A stretch of 64,000 nucleotides of DNA from Chiloscyllium plagiosum (lineage: Eukaryota), in assembly GCF_004010195.1 (NCBI RefSeq), contig NC_057750.1, positions 130,734 to 194,733 of the forward strand, in the 5' to 3' direction. The notes under the pieces are model-generated. The model was not told the origin of the DNA and did not search any database. It saw only the letters and a list, made by a program, of their open reading frames with translations. A program made the position numbers and the translations under genes. This document shows positions 35,926-48,149 of the stretch, one piece after another; position 1 is the first letter of the stretch; each line of letters starts with the position of its first letter.

Positions 35926-37419
35926 CTGAGATGTGACTTGATTGAGACAGATAAAATAATCAGAGGGTTAGATAGGGTGCACAGTGACAGCCTTTTTTCC
36001 TTTAATAGTGTTGGCTTGTACGAGGGGAGGTCGCTTTAAATTAAGGGGTGAGAGATATAGGACAGATGTTAGAGGTGGTTTCTTTACTCAGAGTAGTAAA
36101 GGTGTTGAACGCATTGTCTGCAATAATAGTAGCCTTGCCAACTTTCAGGGCATTTAAATGGTCATTGATAGGCATATGGATGAAAATAGAATAGTGTAGG
36201 TTGGATGGGCTTCAGATTAGTTTCACAGGTTGGCATGACATTGAGAGCCAAAGGGACTGTAGTGTGCTGTAATGTTCTACTAGAGAAAATTGGGTTGTGA
36301 TTACAAAAAAGAAGGAAGCATATGTCAGGCATGGACAGGAGAGATTGAGTGAATCCTCAGAAGAGTATAAAGGCAGTAGGAGTATACTTAAGAGGGAAAT
36401 CAGGAGGGTAAAAAGTGGACACGAGATATCCTTGGCAAATAGGGTTAAGGAGAATCCAAAGGGATTTAATAAGTTCATTAAGGACAAAAGGGTAACTAGG
36501 CAGAGAATAGGGCCCCTCAATGATCAGCAAAGTGGCCTTTGTGTGGAGCCACAGGAGTTGGGGAAGTGTTTACTGTGGAGAAGGTCATGGAAGATATAGA
36601 ATGTAGGGAAATAGATGGTGACAGCTTGAAAAATTTCCATATTACAGAGGAGGAGGTGCTGGATGTCTTGAAACGCATAAAAGTGGATAACTCCCCAGGA
36701 TCAGATCAAGTGTACCCTTGAACTCTGTGGGAAGCCAGCGAAATGATTGCTGGGTCACTTGCTGAGATATTTGTATCATTGATAGTCACAGGTAAGGTGC
36801 AGGAAGACTGGAGGTTGGCTAACATGGTACCATTATTTAGGAAAGATGGTCAGGACAAGCCAGGGAACTATAGACCAGCATGTAGTGATACTGAAAAGTA
36901 ACCTAAAAGTTGAGAGATCAAACTCCATCATCACAAGTAATGTAGCTAACAGTGAGTCAGCAAGAAAATGATCAACAACATTTACTGGAGTCTAGGTAAA
37001 AAAATACAGTAGATGCTTGAAATCTGAAATAAAGATGGGGAATCATTGGAGCTACTCGGCAGGTCAGCTTTGAGGCGGAGCTTTGAATTAATTATGCAGT
37101 ATGGAGGGAGGGATTGGAAGAGGAGAAATGTAGATTTCCAAAGCAAGAGGATTGTTGATATTGCAGAACAGCTATTTAGGTAATTTAGATAAAGATATCC
37201 AGAACAGGAATGTACAAGCAGTGAAAAAAACGGCAAATGGGAAGCAGGGGGAGGACTGGTAAAAGGAGTAAATTAATGGCTCTTTACTTAAATTACATAG
37301 TATTCAGACCAAAATTAAATTAATTAACAAAACAAGATAGAGTTTGTAGCCATTACATGTTTGCAAGAAGATCAAGTTGGGAATTAAATATTCAGAGGTA
37401 AATTGCTTTTCTAAAACTC

Positions 37420-37675
37420 AGCAGTGCATCGAGTATAAGAGTTGGGAGTTCATGTTGTGGCTGTACAGGACATTGATTAGGCCACTTTCAGAATACTGCA
37501 TGAAATTCTGGTCTCCCTGCTATAGGAAGAATGCTGTGAAACTTGAAAGGGTTCAGAAAATATTTATAAGGATGTTGCCAGGGTTTAAGGATTTGAGCCG
37601 TAAGGAGAGGCTGAATAGACTGGGCCTATTTTCCCTGGAGTATGTGAGGTTGAGGGGTGACCTTCTAGAGATTTA
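37420..37675 (+). mobile_element. CR1 ORF2 C-terminal fragment
   Basis: IEYKSW..LYRTLIRP..EYC..FWSP..RLGLFSLE..LRGDL. Confidence 0.85.
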
Positions 37676-38099
37676 GCCATGACTTCACTGAAAGACAGTG
37701 TGCTGAATGGGCTCAATGGGCCGAATAGTCTATTTGTTTCTACGTCTTCTGGTCCAATGGTAGAAGGTTGATGAGATGGAGTGGGTTTTCTGCTCACATT
37801 GAATTTTCTCATTAAATGTCTCTCAATCAATTTGGAAAACAGTTCAATAGGCATCCAATGACCTCTAGGTAACCTGGCTATCTCTAGATATATGGGAAGA
37901 TGGGTCCAGTCTAGTTTTAGAGGGATTAAGAATTTAGGGATGCAAGAATTTCTGTCTGCAGTGCAAATTGGGACTTCTGCTCAATGAAAGTTGAAGATCA
38001 TTTTGATTTCCTCACCCTTGCCTTTCTGAGATATTCCATGACATAAATAATGTGTATTTATGATGATGTTTGCAATTAGAAAATGATTGTGGTGGTAAC

Positions 38100-38520
38100 A
38101 AAGTCTGTGAGAAGATTTGTAGCTCGGGTGCTCGTTGTTGTGGTTCTGTTCGCCAAGCTGGGAATTTGTGTTGCAGACGTTTCGTCCCCTGTCTAGGTGA
38201 CATCCTCAGTGCTTGGGAGCCTCCTGTGAAGCGCTTCTGTGATCTTTCCTCCGGCATTTGTAGTGGTTTGTACCTACTGCTTCCGGTTGTCAGTTCCAGC
38301 TGTCCGCTGCAGTGGCCAGTATATTTGGTTCAGGTCGATGTGCTTATTGATTGAATCTGTGGATGAGTGTCATGTCTCTAGGAATTCCCTGGCTGTTCTC
38401 TGTTTGGCTTGTCCTATAATAGTAGTGTTGTCCCAGTCGAACTCATGTTGCTTGTCAGTGGTAACTGCAGAAAGGAATTGTTGGCTATCTTCTTGCATTG
38501 GCACGGTTCAGGTTTGATCT
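38100..38520 (-). mobile_element. Penelope-like element 3' end (same family as 7713-8127)
   Basis: Reverse complement of 7740-8125, encoding DKQHEFDWDNTTIIGQAKQRTAREFLE. Confidence 0.88.
38173..38212 (-). ncRNA. Minimal type I hammerhead ribozyme motif (intact, GUC triplet)
   Basis: GCA CUGAGGA U GUCACCU AGAC AGGGGAC GAAAC GUC UGC: 3-bp stem I, 6-of-7-bp stem II, full core. Confidence 0.78.
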
Positions 38521-39604
38521 GATTTTCTGTGACAGATTGCCAGAGGTACTGTAAACTCAGCAGAGCAGACAATCCATTATCTTTATCTTTGTATAAGTAA
38601 CCTGACATATGCTTAATCGATATTAAAGTAGGTTTGCACCATTATGCTCTTCAGACTTAACTGGAGACAAATATAGAAAACTACATGTTTGGATAGATTA
38701 ACTTTAACTAAAGCTTTGACAGTCAAAAGTAATGGGTTTCACAATCACCAGAAAATGGAAATTGAGAAGGGAAAACTCATCTCAATGTCATATTTTCAGA
38801 TACCAACACTGTCAGTATGTGGAATTCTGTCACCAATCTTCCTTTGTCAGTATAGGTTTGAGGGTTTGTCTAATGATCAATACTATCAATGGAGGATAGA
38901 CTACTGGTGGTATAACCAGAATAAGCACTTGATTTTCATAAAAATATAGTTTATTGTATACTGCTAATTGGTACAATTTACCTTTACTTGATAAGTGTCA
39001 ATACTAAAGACTCTCCGGAACTGTACAGAATTCAACTGCTCCCTCAGGGACTTGGGCAGAACTCAATCACCCAAAGACTGGATGTGGCATCACCAGATTG
39101 GGTGGAACTCAATATAACATGAACATTAACTCCTTAAGAATTGTTACAACACTGAACAGCATTAAAATTCCAAACCTGATAACCATTAGTCAGAATGTTA
39201 GTTGATATGAGTTGACAGATTGATCAGTCAGAACCTGAATTCTTCAGGAAGAAGGCAATAAAGTGTATGGATCCGATATAAAGCTGACACATTGAATAGA
39301 GTAGTGTTGATATTTCTTTACCACTCTTTTATGAGAACATCATTCTGCACGACAGATTTCTATTATTCCAATAGTGATCATTCTGCTTTGTTTGTAAAAG
39401 AGGAATTTCCAAGAACATGGTTACTCTTTTCATATAACTCACTATCTCGGGATCTAGAGTATAGGAAGAAGCAAGTTTACATAAAGAACATGACATTAAG
39501 CTAGATTCTGAATCATTTTTCTATCTTCCCCTTGAAGAAACTGGTTTATTCTGGAATGTTGGGACATTGGGACAATCAAGACTTCTAGAGCATTAAAGTA
39601 TAGG

Positions 39605-39795
39605 GTCAATGGTGGAGGCTGGTACAATTGCAACATTTAAGAGGCATTTGGATGGGTATATGAATAGGAAGGGTTTAGAGAAATAAACCAGGGCCGGGTG
39701 CTGGCAGGTGGGACTAGATTGGGTTGGGATATCTGGTTGGCCTGGATGGGTTGGACGGAAGGGTCAGTTTCCATGCTGTAAATCTCTATGACTTT
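39605..39795 (+). mobile_element. CR1 3' tail
   Basis: ggtggaggctggtacaatt..catttaagaggcatttggatggg..gtttccatgctgta..ctctatgact. Confidence 0.85.
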
Positions 39796-40354
39796 ATAAC
39801 AACTGCTCACCCCCCATCACACCAACTGCTATCCTCTTTGCTTCACCTCCCTTCTCACATCCTCCCCCCACCATTAATGCCCTTCCTTGCGGGAGTGATG
39901 ACATTCTGTCTGTGCTGAAGGGCAGCACATCCATCTACTACCACAGGGTGGGGACTGGGGTAACTAGCAGAATTATTTTCTTATTAATGTCTTACTCATT
40001 TGATCTTGCTCACTTTCTATTTCTCTTCCATACTTCCCCACCCACCGGACCCTGTGCTAAAGACCTATTAGTTTTCTCACCCCAAGTCAGAAAGGAGATC
40101 TGATAGGATCTGATAGGATCTATTAATCCTATCAACAGGATTGCCTCCTTGTCACATGTGCTGTTCCCTCACATGTGACAAGGGTTATCAATGGGCTTTT
40201 TGTGCAATAGTTTCTTATCAATGGGGGGGAGGTACCACTTACTGAACACATCACAGTGTGTAAAAAGTCAATGAGTATCCTCTGAGAATTGGGGGAATGA
40301 GCTGCCATTGGTTTTGTCCTACATTGTTTCAAGGAAATGGTAGAGGATGGGAAG

Positions 40355-40657
40355 GGCGGTATGGTGGCTCAGTGGTTAGTACAGCGCCAGGGACCTGGGT
40401 TTAATTCCCGCCTGAGGCAACTGTCTGTGTGGAGTTTGCACATTTTCCCTGTGTCTGCGTGGGTTTCCTCCGGGTTTCCTCCCACAGTCTAAAGATGTGC
40501 AGGTTAGGTGACCATGCTAAATTGCCCGTAGTGTTAAGTGCATTACTCAGGGGTAAATGTAGGGGAATGGGTCTGGGATGGTTGCTCTTCAGAGGGTTGG
40601 TGTGGACTTGTTGGGCTGAAGGGCCTGTTTCCACACTGTAGGTAATCTAATCTAATC
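40355..40657 (+). mobile_element. V-SINE (HE1-like), second copy
   Basis: High similarity to 1376-1705, including A/B boxes, V-domain and taatctaatc end. Confidence 0.9.
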
Positions 40658-43600
40658 ACCTCCAACAGGACAACATTTTACAACCTTTTCTTCAAATGGT
40701 TCTGGAACATGTCTGTAGGCAAAGGGAGACTGAGCTTTAATTTTTACAATCTTATATAAAATATAGGTTAATAATTATGGGCAACTTTTATCAAGATGGT
40801 TAAGGAGATTTTGGAAGTTGTAGTTTGCAATCCTTTCTAACTGAGGTTCAAACTGATCTTATTTTGTGCAGTTCCATTGTTTCTGGGCTGGGAACAAAAT
40901 TCCTGTTTTGCCATTGATCTCTGAGCTTCAAACCAGCAGACTGCAGCATAAATAAATCTCCCTATTAACAAAGAGGAAATTTTTAATTTGTGCAGTTCAT
41001 TGTTTGCAACATTCCAGGAAAACCAGGCCCCAGTTGTCACGAAGGTAAGAAACTGTAAGTTCAAACAAGCCGAAGGTAACTTTAAGGAAGTGTTGCGCTG
41101 AGGAATTACTTTATGCAAATCGAAACTGGAATTGTCTCCCAGTCGGATAACAAAGATGAAAAGCAGAAAGTGGCTCAGTTGGTAACTCACACATCAGAGC
41201 TATAGACAGTTATCTTTATGAACAGATGAGTTAGTGGGCCAGTTGCTCTCCATATGTGTATTACTTTTTGCAATCTTATGAATAATGCCAATTCTCTTGT
41301 TCATCGAGGTATCATTTTGAGTAAACAAGAATGTAGGAAATGTTGTCTCTTGGATGTTCAATCTCTCTCCTACTGTTCACTTCTGTAAATGCTAATGTTA
41401 CCATGGTTACTTTAAGTTAACAGAAAGCTAAATTTGTACAAAGATTTACAATATTCATAACCTCACGACCTGTGCATGCAAGGACACCATTAACACTGAC
41501 AACACCTAAACGACTGAATTTCATTTCTCCGGCAATTACAATATGCTATGTTCACACATTACTTGGGCCAGTTGCAGTTTTAAGCATCCATCAATATTTT
41601 AATGAGATAAGTTGTAATTCCATGCCCAGCCAAAGATGAATATAGCTCCAGTTTCCATTAAAAAGGGCAGTTGATTCAAATATTAACAGCATGCACAATT
41701 AGGTTTTCACATTCATTGGGGAATATCTGATGAAGCACAACTCTCATTCCAGGATTTACAAGGCCTTGTTAAACAGATGAATTAAGGTTACTGGACTCAT
41801 AATCCGCTGTCTTCAGAGATCTGAGTTGTCCCCTTGAATTTCGCCACCGTTTCTCCTGGCAGCGTCTCTCCATGGTGTAGAGTCACTAACATCAGCTACT
41901 CTTCCTGTAACCAAGCAAAAGGGCCAAGGTTCTGCTGGGATCCTAGCCCGCAACTTCAATGTAGTTCCACAGGGATGGCTTGGAATATTGCGGAATGTCT
42001 TCACCATTTCCCTAGTAATATGTTGCTGCCGCTGCTAATCTCTGTCAGTGATTTGTTTGGAGTTTTTTTTTATAACTGTCCCACCATGAACACCCCCTGC
42101 CCACAACACCACACTATTCAAAAAGGGCAGTTCACCAAGTGAGAAAAGTAAATTTGGTTGGCTTCCTGCACTTTAGATAGTGGATTCCCAGGGATGGGGA
42201 GGTTTCAGAATTGGCACCTTAGACCTCAATCCTCTTGAATAAACATTTTGACTCGTGGGAGCATCACAATCAAGAATGACCTTAGTTTGCCCAAGCCCCC
42301 TCATCGAACCAATCCTGTGGATGTTATCAGATACCAATCAGAACCATTGCTGATTTTTGTTCTCTAGCCAGGAGCAGAGGATTGAACTGTAGAGAGTTAA
42401 TTGTTGGAATGTATAGGCAACCAACTCAACACAGACCACAGATTGAATTTGTGACCTTACTGTTTCATAGTGCAAGCACTACCTAAGCCATTGGGATCAC
42501 CCAGGAAATCTTCATTGGATATTTCAGAAATTAGCAATTCCTTCTTCTCTTGGAACAAAAACAGAACATTCCAGCTCAATCATATTTCTTTCTCTTGTTT
42601 AATCTCTCACTGATCATTCTACCAATTCTGTCCTCTCTCAAAACCACATCACTGGCCGGTTGAATTTCATCATATCATTTATTACAGCGACCCTCCTGGG
42701 TGGCTCCTTCCATTCATCATTCACCTTTCAGGTGGGAGTATCCTGGTTCAATTTCCTATTTACACTCCTTTAGCCTAATCTACTGGTTACAGTTGTGACC
42801 TCTAGGTTTCTGCACCATCTTCTAGTGGACCCATACTCATTAATTGTTCTGTTTCCCTCTCCTCAACTCCTGTTCGAGATGATGGGCAGTAGTTATGTTT
42901 GGCTCATCCACCAGCAATCCACAGAATGTTTCTCAGGTAGGTTTAAGTGAAGAAAGTATTTTGACTTTCCTTCTATGATTATTCACTTCCTCGCACTCTG
43001 TTCCTGCTTTAGCATTTAGCTATTTTTAGTCACACCAGGGATCGGGGGCATCATTCCACATGAATTGTTTTAATAATGCTAAAGTCTTTGCGCACCTGGC
43101 AATGTGCCACATTCTATTTAATAAGTAGCCAAAGAAAAACTCTCCTTCAGGCCTTTTCTGACTTTCTCAATAACACTGGAGCAAAAGGTGAAGGAATCAG
43201 CATTCAGAATATCCCAAACAAAATTTACAAATCACTCGCATCTTTCCAAATACATTATTCAATGAAGTACAAATGTTAAGCTTTGAAAAAGATAGATTAG
43301 TAAGTTTCTTAATGTATTTATGATTGATTGTAAACATATTCCAACATTAAATATTCATCTGCAGTTTTAAAAATTGTATTTAATACAATATGATGTTAAA
43401 ACATGCATTTTGTTTTTTGAAATTATTTTTTCCCGATTTAAACTACATTTTATGACAACTTTCTTTTGATGCTGAATAAATGTCACAATTTGTTTCCTCT
43501 CACCTTGGTTTTTTTGCTCCTCATACACTGAGGGGCTCACAACAGAAAACATGCTCTTTTATTGTCAATTTATTCAACAACCACAAATAACTAACAAAAT

Positions 43601-43714
43601 CTTTTGAACAAAAATAAAGATTGCTGAAAAAGCTCAGGGGGTCTGGCAGCATCTGTGGAGAGAAATCAGAGTTAGGTTGAATGACCCTTACTCAGAACCA
43701 TTCCTGTCCTGAGA

Positions 43715-44000
43715 GTGGCATACTGACTCAGTGTTTAGCACTCCTGTCTCACAATATTAGGGACCCAGGTTTGACTCCAGCCTTGGAAGACTGCCTGTGT
43801 GGAGTTTGCACTTTTGCCCCATGTCTGCGTGAGTTTTCCCTGTGTGCTCAGGTTTCTTATCACAATCCAAAGATGTGCAGGTTAGGTGGCCATGAGAAAT
43901 GTAGGGTTATAGGGATGATAGGGAAATGGGTCTGGCTAGGATGCTCTTCGTATGGACATGATGGGCTGAATGGCCTGCTTCCACACTGTAGGGATTCTAT
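43715..44000 (+). mobile_element. Older V-SINE nested between two inverted Penelope-terminus arms (43612-43700, 44003-44085)
   Basis: tgactcagtgtttagcact..ctgtgtggagtttgcac..caatccaaagatgtgcaggttagg..tgggctgaatggcctgcttccacactg. Confidence 0.8.
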
Positions 44001-44214
44001 GATCCACAGATGCTGACTGACCTGCAGAGCTTTTCCAGCAATTTCTGTTTTAGTTTTGATTTGCAGCATCTGCAGTTCTTTTGGTTTTTAAAATCTTTTG
44101 AACTATTGTCATTAAAATCATTTCTTCTCTGTGATAATCCTAAATGCTGTACTCCTGGAATATAAGAACAGAAGGAGGCCACTCAGCCCCTTGAGACTGT
44201 CCCATCCATCAGTG

Positions 44215-45830
44215 GGAATAGAACATAGATAGAACATAGAACAATACAGCACAGAACAGGCCCTTCAGCCCATGGTGTTGTGCCGAACATTTGTCCTAGC
44301 TTAAGCACCTATCCAATTGCCGCTTAAAGGTCACCAATGATTCTGACACTGACACTCCCACAGGCAGCGCATTCCATGCTCCCACCACTCTCTGGGTAAA
44401 GAACCTACCCCTGACATCCCCCCATACCTTCCACCCTTCACCTTAAATGTATGTACCCTTGTAACACTCTGTTGTACCTGGGGACAAAGTCTCTGACTGT
44501 CTACTCTATCTATTCCTCTGATTATCTTATAAACCTCTATCAAGTCACCCCTCATCCTTCGCCGTTCCAATGAGAAAAGGCCTAGCACTCTCAACCTATC
44601 CTCGTATGACCTATTCCCCATTCCAGGCAACATCCTGGTAAATCTTCCCTGCACCCTCTCCAAAGCTTCCACATCTTTCCTAAAATGAGGCAACCAGAAC
44701 TGCACACAGTACTCCAAATGTGGCCTTACCAAGGTCCAGTACAGCTGCAACATCACCTCACAACTCTTGAATTCCATCCCTCTGCTAATGAACGCTAATA
44801 CACCATAGGGATTTGTACAAGCTCTATCCACCTGAGTGGCAACCTTCAAAGAGCTATGAACATAGACCCAAGATCCCTCTGTTCCTCAACCTTACTAAGA
44901 ACCCTACCATCAACCCTATATTCTGCATTCTTATTTGTCCTTCCAAAATGGACAACCTCATACTTGACAGGGTTGAACTCCATCTGCCACTCCTCAGCCC
45001 AGCCCTGCATCATATCTAAGTCCCTTTGCAGCCGACAACAGCCCTCCTCACTATCCACAACTCCACCAATCTTNNNNNNNNNNNNNNNNNNNNNNNNNNN
45101 NNNNNNNNNNNNNNNNNNNNNNNNNNNNNNNNNNNNNNNNNNNNNNNNNNNNNNNNNNNNNNNNNNNNNNNNNNNNNNNNNNNNNNNNNNNNNNNNNNNN
45201 NNNNNNNNNNNNNNNNNNNNNNNNNNNNNNNNNNNNNNNNNNNNNNNNNNNNNNNNNNNNNNNNNNNNNNNNNNNNNNNNNNNNNNNNNNNNNNNNNNNN
45301 NNNNNNNNNNNNNNNNNNNNNNNNNNNNNNNNNNNNNNNNNNNNNNNNNNNNNNNNNNNNNNNNNTTGTAAAACCTGCCCTGTTGCACGCACCTATCTCT
45401 CTCCATTACCAAGGTGAAAGTCACAGAATTGTGGTCACCATCACCAAAATGTTCACCCACTAACAAGCCCACCACTTGTCCCGGTTCATTACCGAGTACC
45501 AAATCCAATATGGCCTCCCCTCTGGTTGGACAATCTACATACTGCGTTAGAAAAGCTTCCTGGACACACTGCACAAACACTGCCCTGTCCAATCTACTTG
45601 ATCTAAAGAGCTTCCAATCAATATTTGGGAAGTTGAAATCGCTCATGACTACTACCCTGTGGCTTCTGCACCTTTTCAAAATCTGTTTCCCAATCTGTTT
45701 CTCCACATCTCTGCTGCTATTGGGGGGCCTATAGTAAACACCCAACAAGGTGACTGCTCCTTTCCTATTTCTGACTTCAGCCCATACTACCTCCAAAGGC
45801 AGATCCCCCTCGAACTGCCTTTCTGCAGTG
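44215..45830 (-). mobile_element. CR1 LINE, 5'-truncated, spanning an N gap (45074-45365)
   Basis: Minus-strand VWAEVRNRKG..GVYYRPPNS..DFNFPNIDW..LDLVL..DHN, then KIGGVVDS..LEYCVQFW, with a (tgttcta)n tail. Confidence 0.95.
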
Positions 45831-47319
45831 GCTCTGGATTTTGACTGAAGCAATTTTTAAAACAATTTACTCATTGGATGTGTTTATTGCCAGCTGGATC
45901 AGCAGTTTTTGCCCATCCCTAGTTATAAGACCAGAAGACTGTTAGAAGTAGGAACAGAAGTAGCTCATTCACCCCTTCAAGCCTCATCTTCCAGTCAATC
46001 AGATCGTGGCTGATCCAACAGTCCTCATGTCCACTTTCCTACCCTTTCCCCAAACTCTTGATTCCCCAACTGATCAAGGATCTCCCCATGTCAGATTTCA
46101 AAATACAAAAGGACTCTGTCCCCTCTCTGGGGCAAGGAGTTCTAAAGATTCTCAATCATCTGAGAGAAGAAATTCCTCCTCATTTGAGCTGCCTTTTTGA
46201 ACTGCTATAGTCTGCGTTCTGTAATAGACCCCAATGTCTTCAGGGAGGGAATTCCAGGATTTTGACCAATGCTTTGATGAATGTAATTATCATGGCTTAT
46301 AAGTAGCACATTACAATAAAATTAGCAAAAATGTTGAAGGATTCCACTAAATTAATAAGCCCACAATGGGATGTAACAAAATCGAGAGGCGACAGTACTG
46401 GACATGGGCCAATACTGAATGCAGAACAGCAGTTGTAGTGTTAGATGCATCCAAATATTGGGACATAGCAGCAAGAAGCAGGTCATTTGATTCACTCAGT
46501 AAAGCAAATCCTCTCAATTCCTTGCATATTCTTGAATATTTACTTATTTCACCTTAAGTTTCCTGCGATACTCTGCTGCCTCTCTCGATACTCTCTGTCA
46601 TGAGTTCCCCTGCAGTAAGTAATTAAATCTGAACTCTTTGTACACTTCCTCCATCTAAGCCTGAGCTTATGGCTTCTGCTTTGAGACTTTGAGCCATTCT
46701 TGAACATTCTTAGAGGGTTTTTTACTTATTCCCCTAAGGATTTTAAAATTTAAATAATGTCAAGGGAGCCTTCTTGATGAGAATAGCCAGCCTTAGGCTC
46801 TTCACACAGAGTCTCTGTCTCTGATAATTGGACTTGCCTGACATGAAACAAAAATTGCAGACATAGGAACAACCTGATATGAGGCTTAGAGCATCAGGTA
46901 ACTCTAACAGTTCAATAAAACATATATTCATTTATTTTGATGTGGTGAATATCCTGATTGTAGAACTCTGATAAACCAATTGAAAGATGATTCAAAGCTC
47001 TACTAATCTCTGGATGGAATAATGGATTGAGATTCTCTAAAGTTTCCACAGGTTAAAAGCTTGAGAATTCATATAATAAACATGAAATTAAACTCTTTTA
47101 GAACAATGACTCTGATCTAGACTTTGCACTTCCTTGAGTCGCATTCCAATTAAGCTCAAGAGTTTGATATGAACTCTGAAACAGACCATGGATTGGAACA
47201 ACTATATGTTGGCTTTGACAGTATAAGGTGTAGTCAAATTGAGATGGGTGAGGTGACAGGACAAAATGGTATGGGGGTACGGTGCTATAGTGGAAATGAA
47301 CAAATCACCTTCAGGCCTT

Positions 47320-47630
47320 GTCTAACAGTGTAGGTTCAAATCCTGCCATAGCATTTGGCGGAATTTTACTCCAGTTAAAATATAGATCTTAAACTAAAAT
47401 AAAGAGAATCAGCTAAGCAGTAACAATGATGAGTATAACAACTCTCATTCACTAATAGCTATTAAGGAATGAAATCTGCTATCCTTACCTGGTCTGGCCA
47501 ACATATGACTCTAAAACCTCAGCAATGTGGACAAATCTTAAATGCCCTCTGAATTAGCTCAACAAGCCATGCCTTCCAAGGTTAATTTGGGATGGGCAAC
47601 AAATGCTGATATTGCCAGCTCATACCCTGA
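47320..47630 (+). mobile_element. SacSINE/Deu-like SINE
   Basis: ggttcaaatcc B box. gaaatctgctatccttacctggtctggcc..cagcaatgtgg is shared with 286-547. Confidence 0.65.
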
Positions 47631-48149
47631 GGAATAAAAAAATTCCCTCCATCTGAGGTTCCATTCAGGGTGGGCTTTTAAACTGGGCTCTCTCTCTCTC
47701 TCTCTCTAACCAGCCATATTGTTTTTGAGAGAATAGAAATATAGAAATATCTTGGTGCCTGTACCAACATTGCTGTATTGATAAGGGACAATCTAATGGA
47801 GACATTGGCAGGAGGCACGTGGTGAGAATGAAGACTGATTGGGCTGTATGTTGACTCTCTGAGTCATTCAAATGGCTTTGTTTGCATTGGACCTGTCATG
47901 CATCACATTCAGGATCCTGCTATGCAGAGCAAAAGCTGCAGAGAGAGTTAAAAGAATTTCCTTTCCTGTTGAGAGAGAGCATGACCCACAAAGGTAGGTT
48001 AATGCAGAGACTGCAACATCATTGGGAAACTGTTTGAAAAAGAAAGATACAAAAAGACATGGACAAAGCTAACAAAATGGAAAGTTGAATAAATGTTTCC
48101 CTTAAAGAGCTAGCATCAGTACAATGGGCCAAAAGGCCTCTTTCGCACA

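Larger units (their letters stand above)
32953..36278 (+). mobile_element. CR1 LINE (ORF2 essentially complete, decayed) nested in the previous CR1
   Basis: WDFDVVAISETW, DFNFPNIDW, NYRPVSLTS, DFSKAFDKV, FVNDTK, LEYCVQFWSP, and a 3' tail ending tgctgtaatgttct. Confidence 0.93.
30500..36880 (+). mobile_element. Near full-length CR1 LINE (5' UTR, ORF1, ORF2 N-half), split by nested insertions
   Basis: ORF1 ~30816-31969 has CSSCQMW..YVCRKC Zn-finger and SGNH-esterase relics (IVIGDSLV, CCFPGA, VHIGTND, DGLHL). ORF2 relics include CIYFNA, WDIIAITEIW and GDFNFPNID. The element breaks at ~32952 and resumes at ~36279 (TREN..KKKEAY..KENPK..PGNYRP). Confidence 0.9.

Noticed and set aside
43504..43527. 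24-nt minus-strand microexon; similar AG..GT candidates near 30420-30432 (+), 51983-52060 (-) and 58089 (+)
   Set aside because: Only splice-like signals, on inconsistent strands, with no recognisable peptide. Expected by chance in 64 kb.
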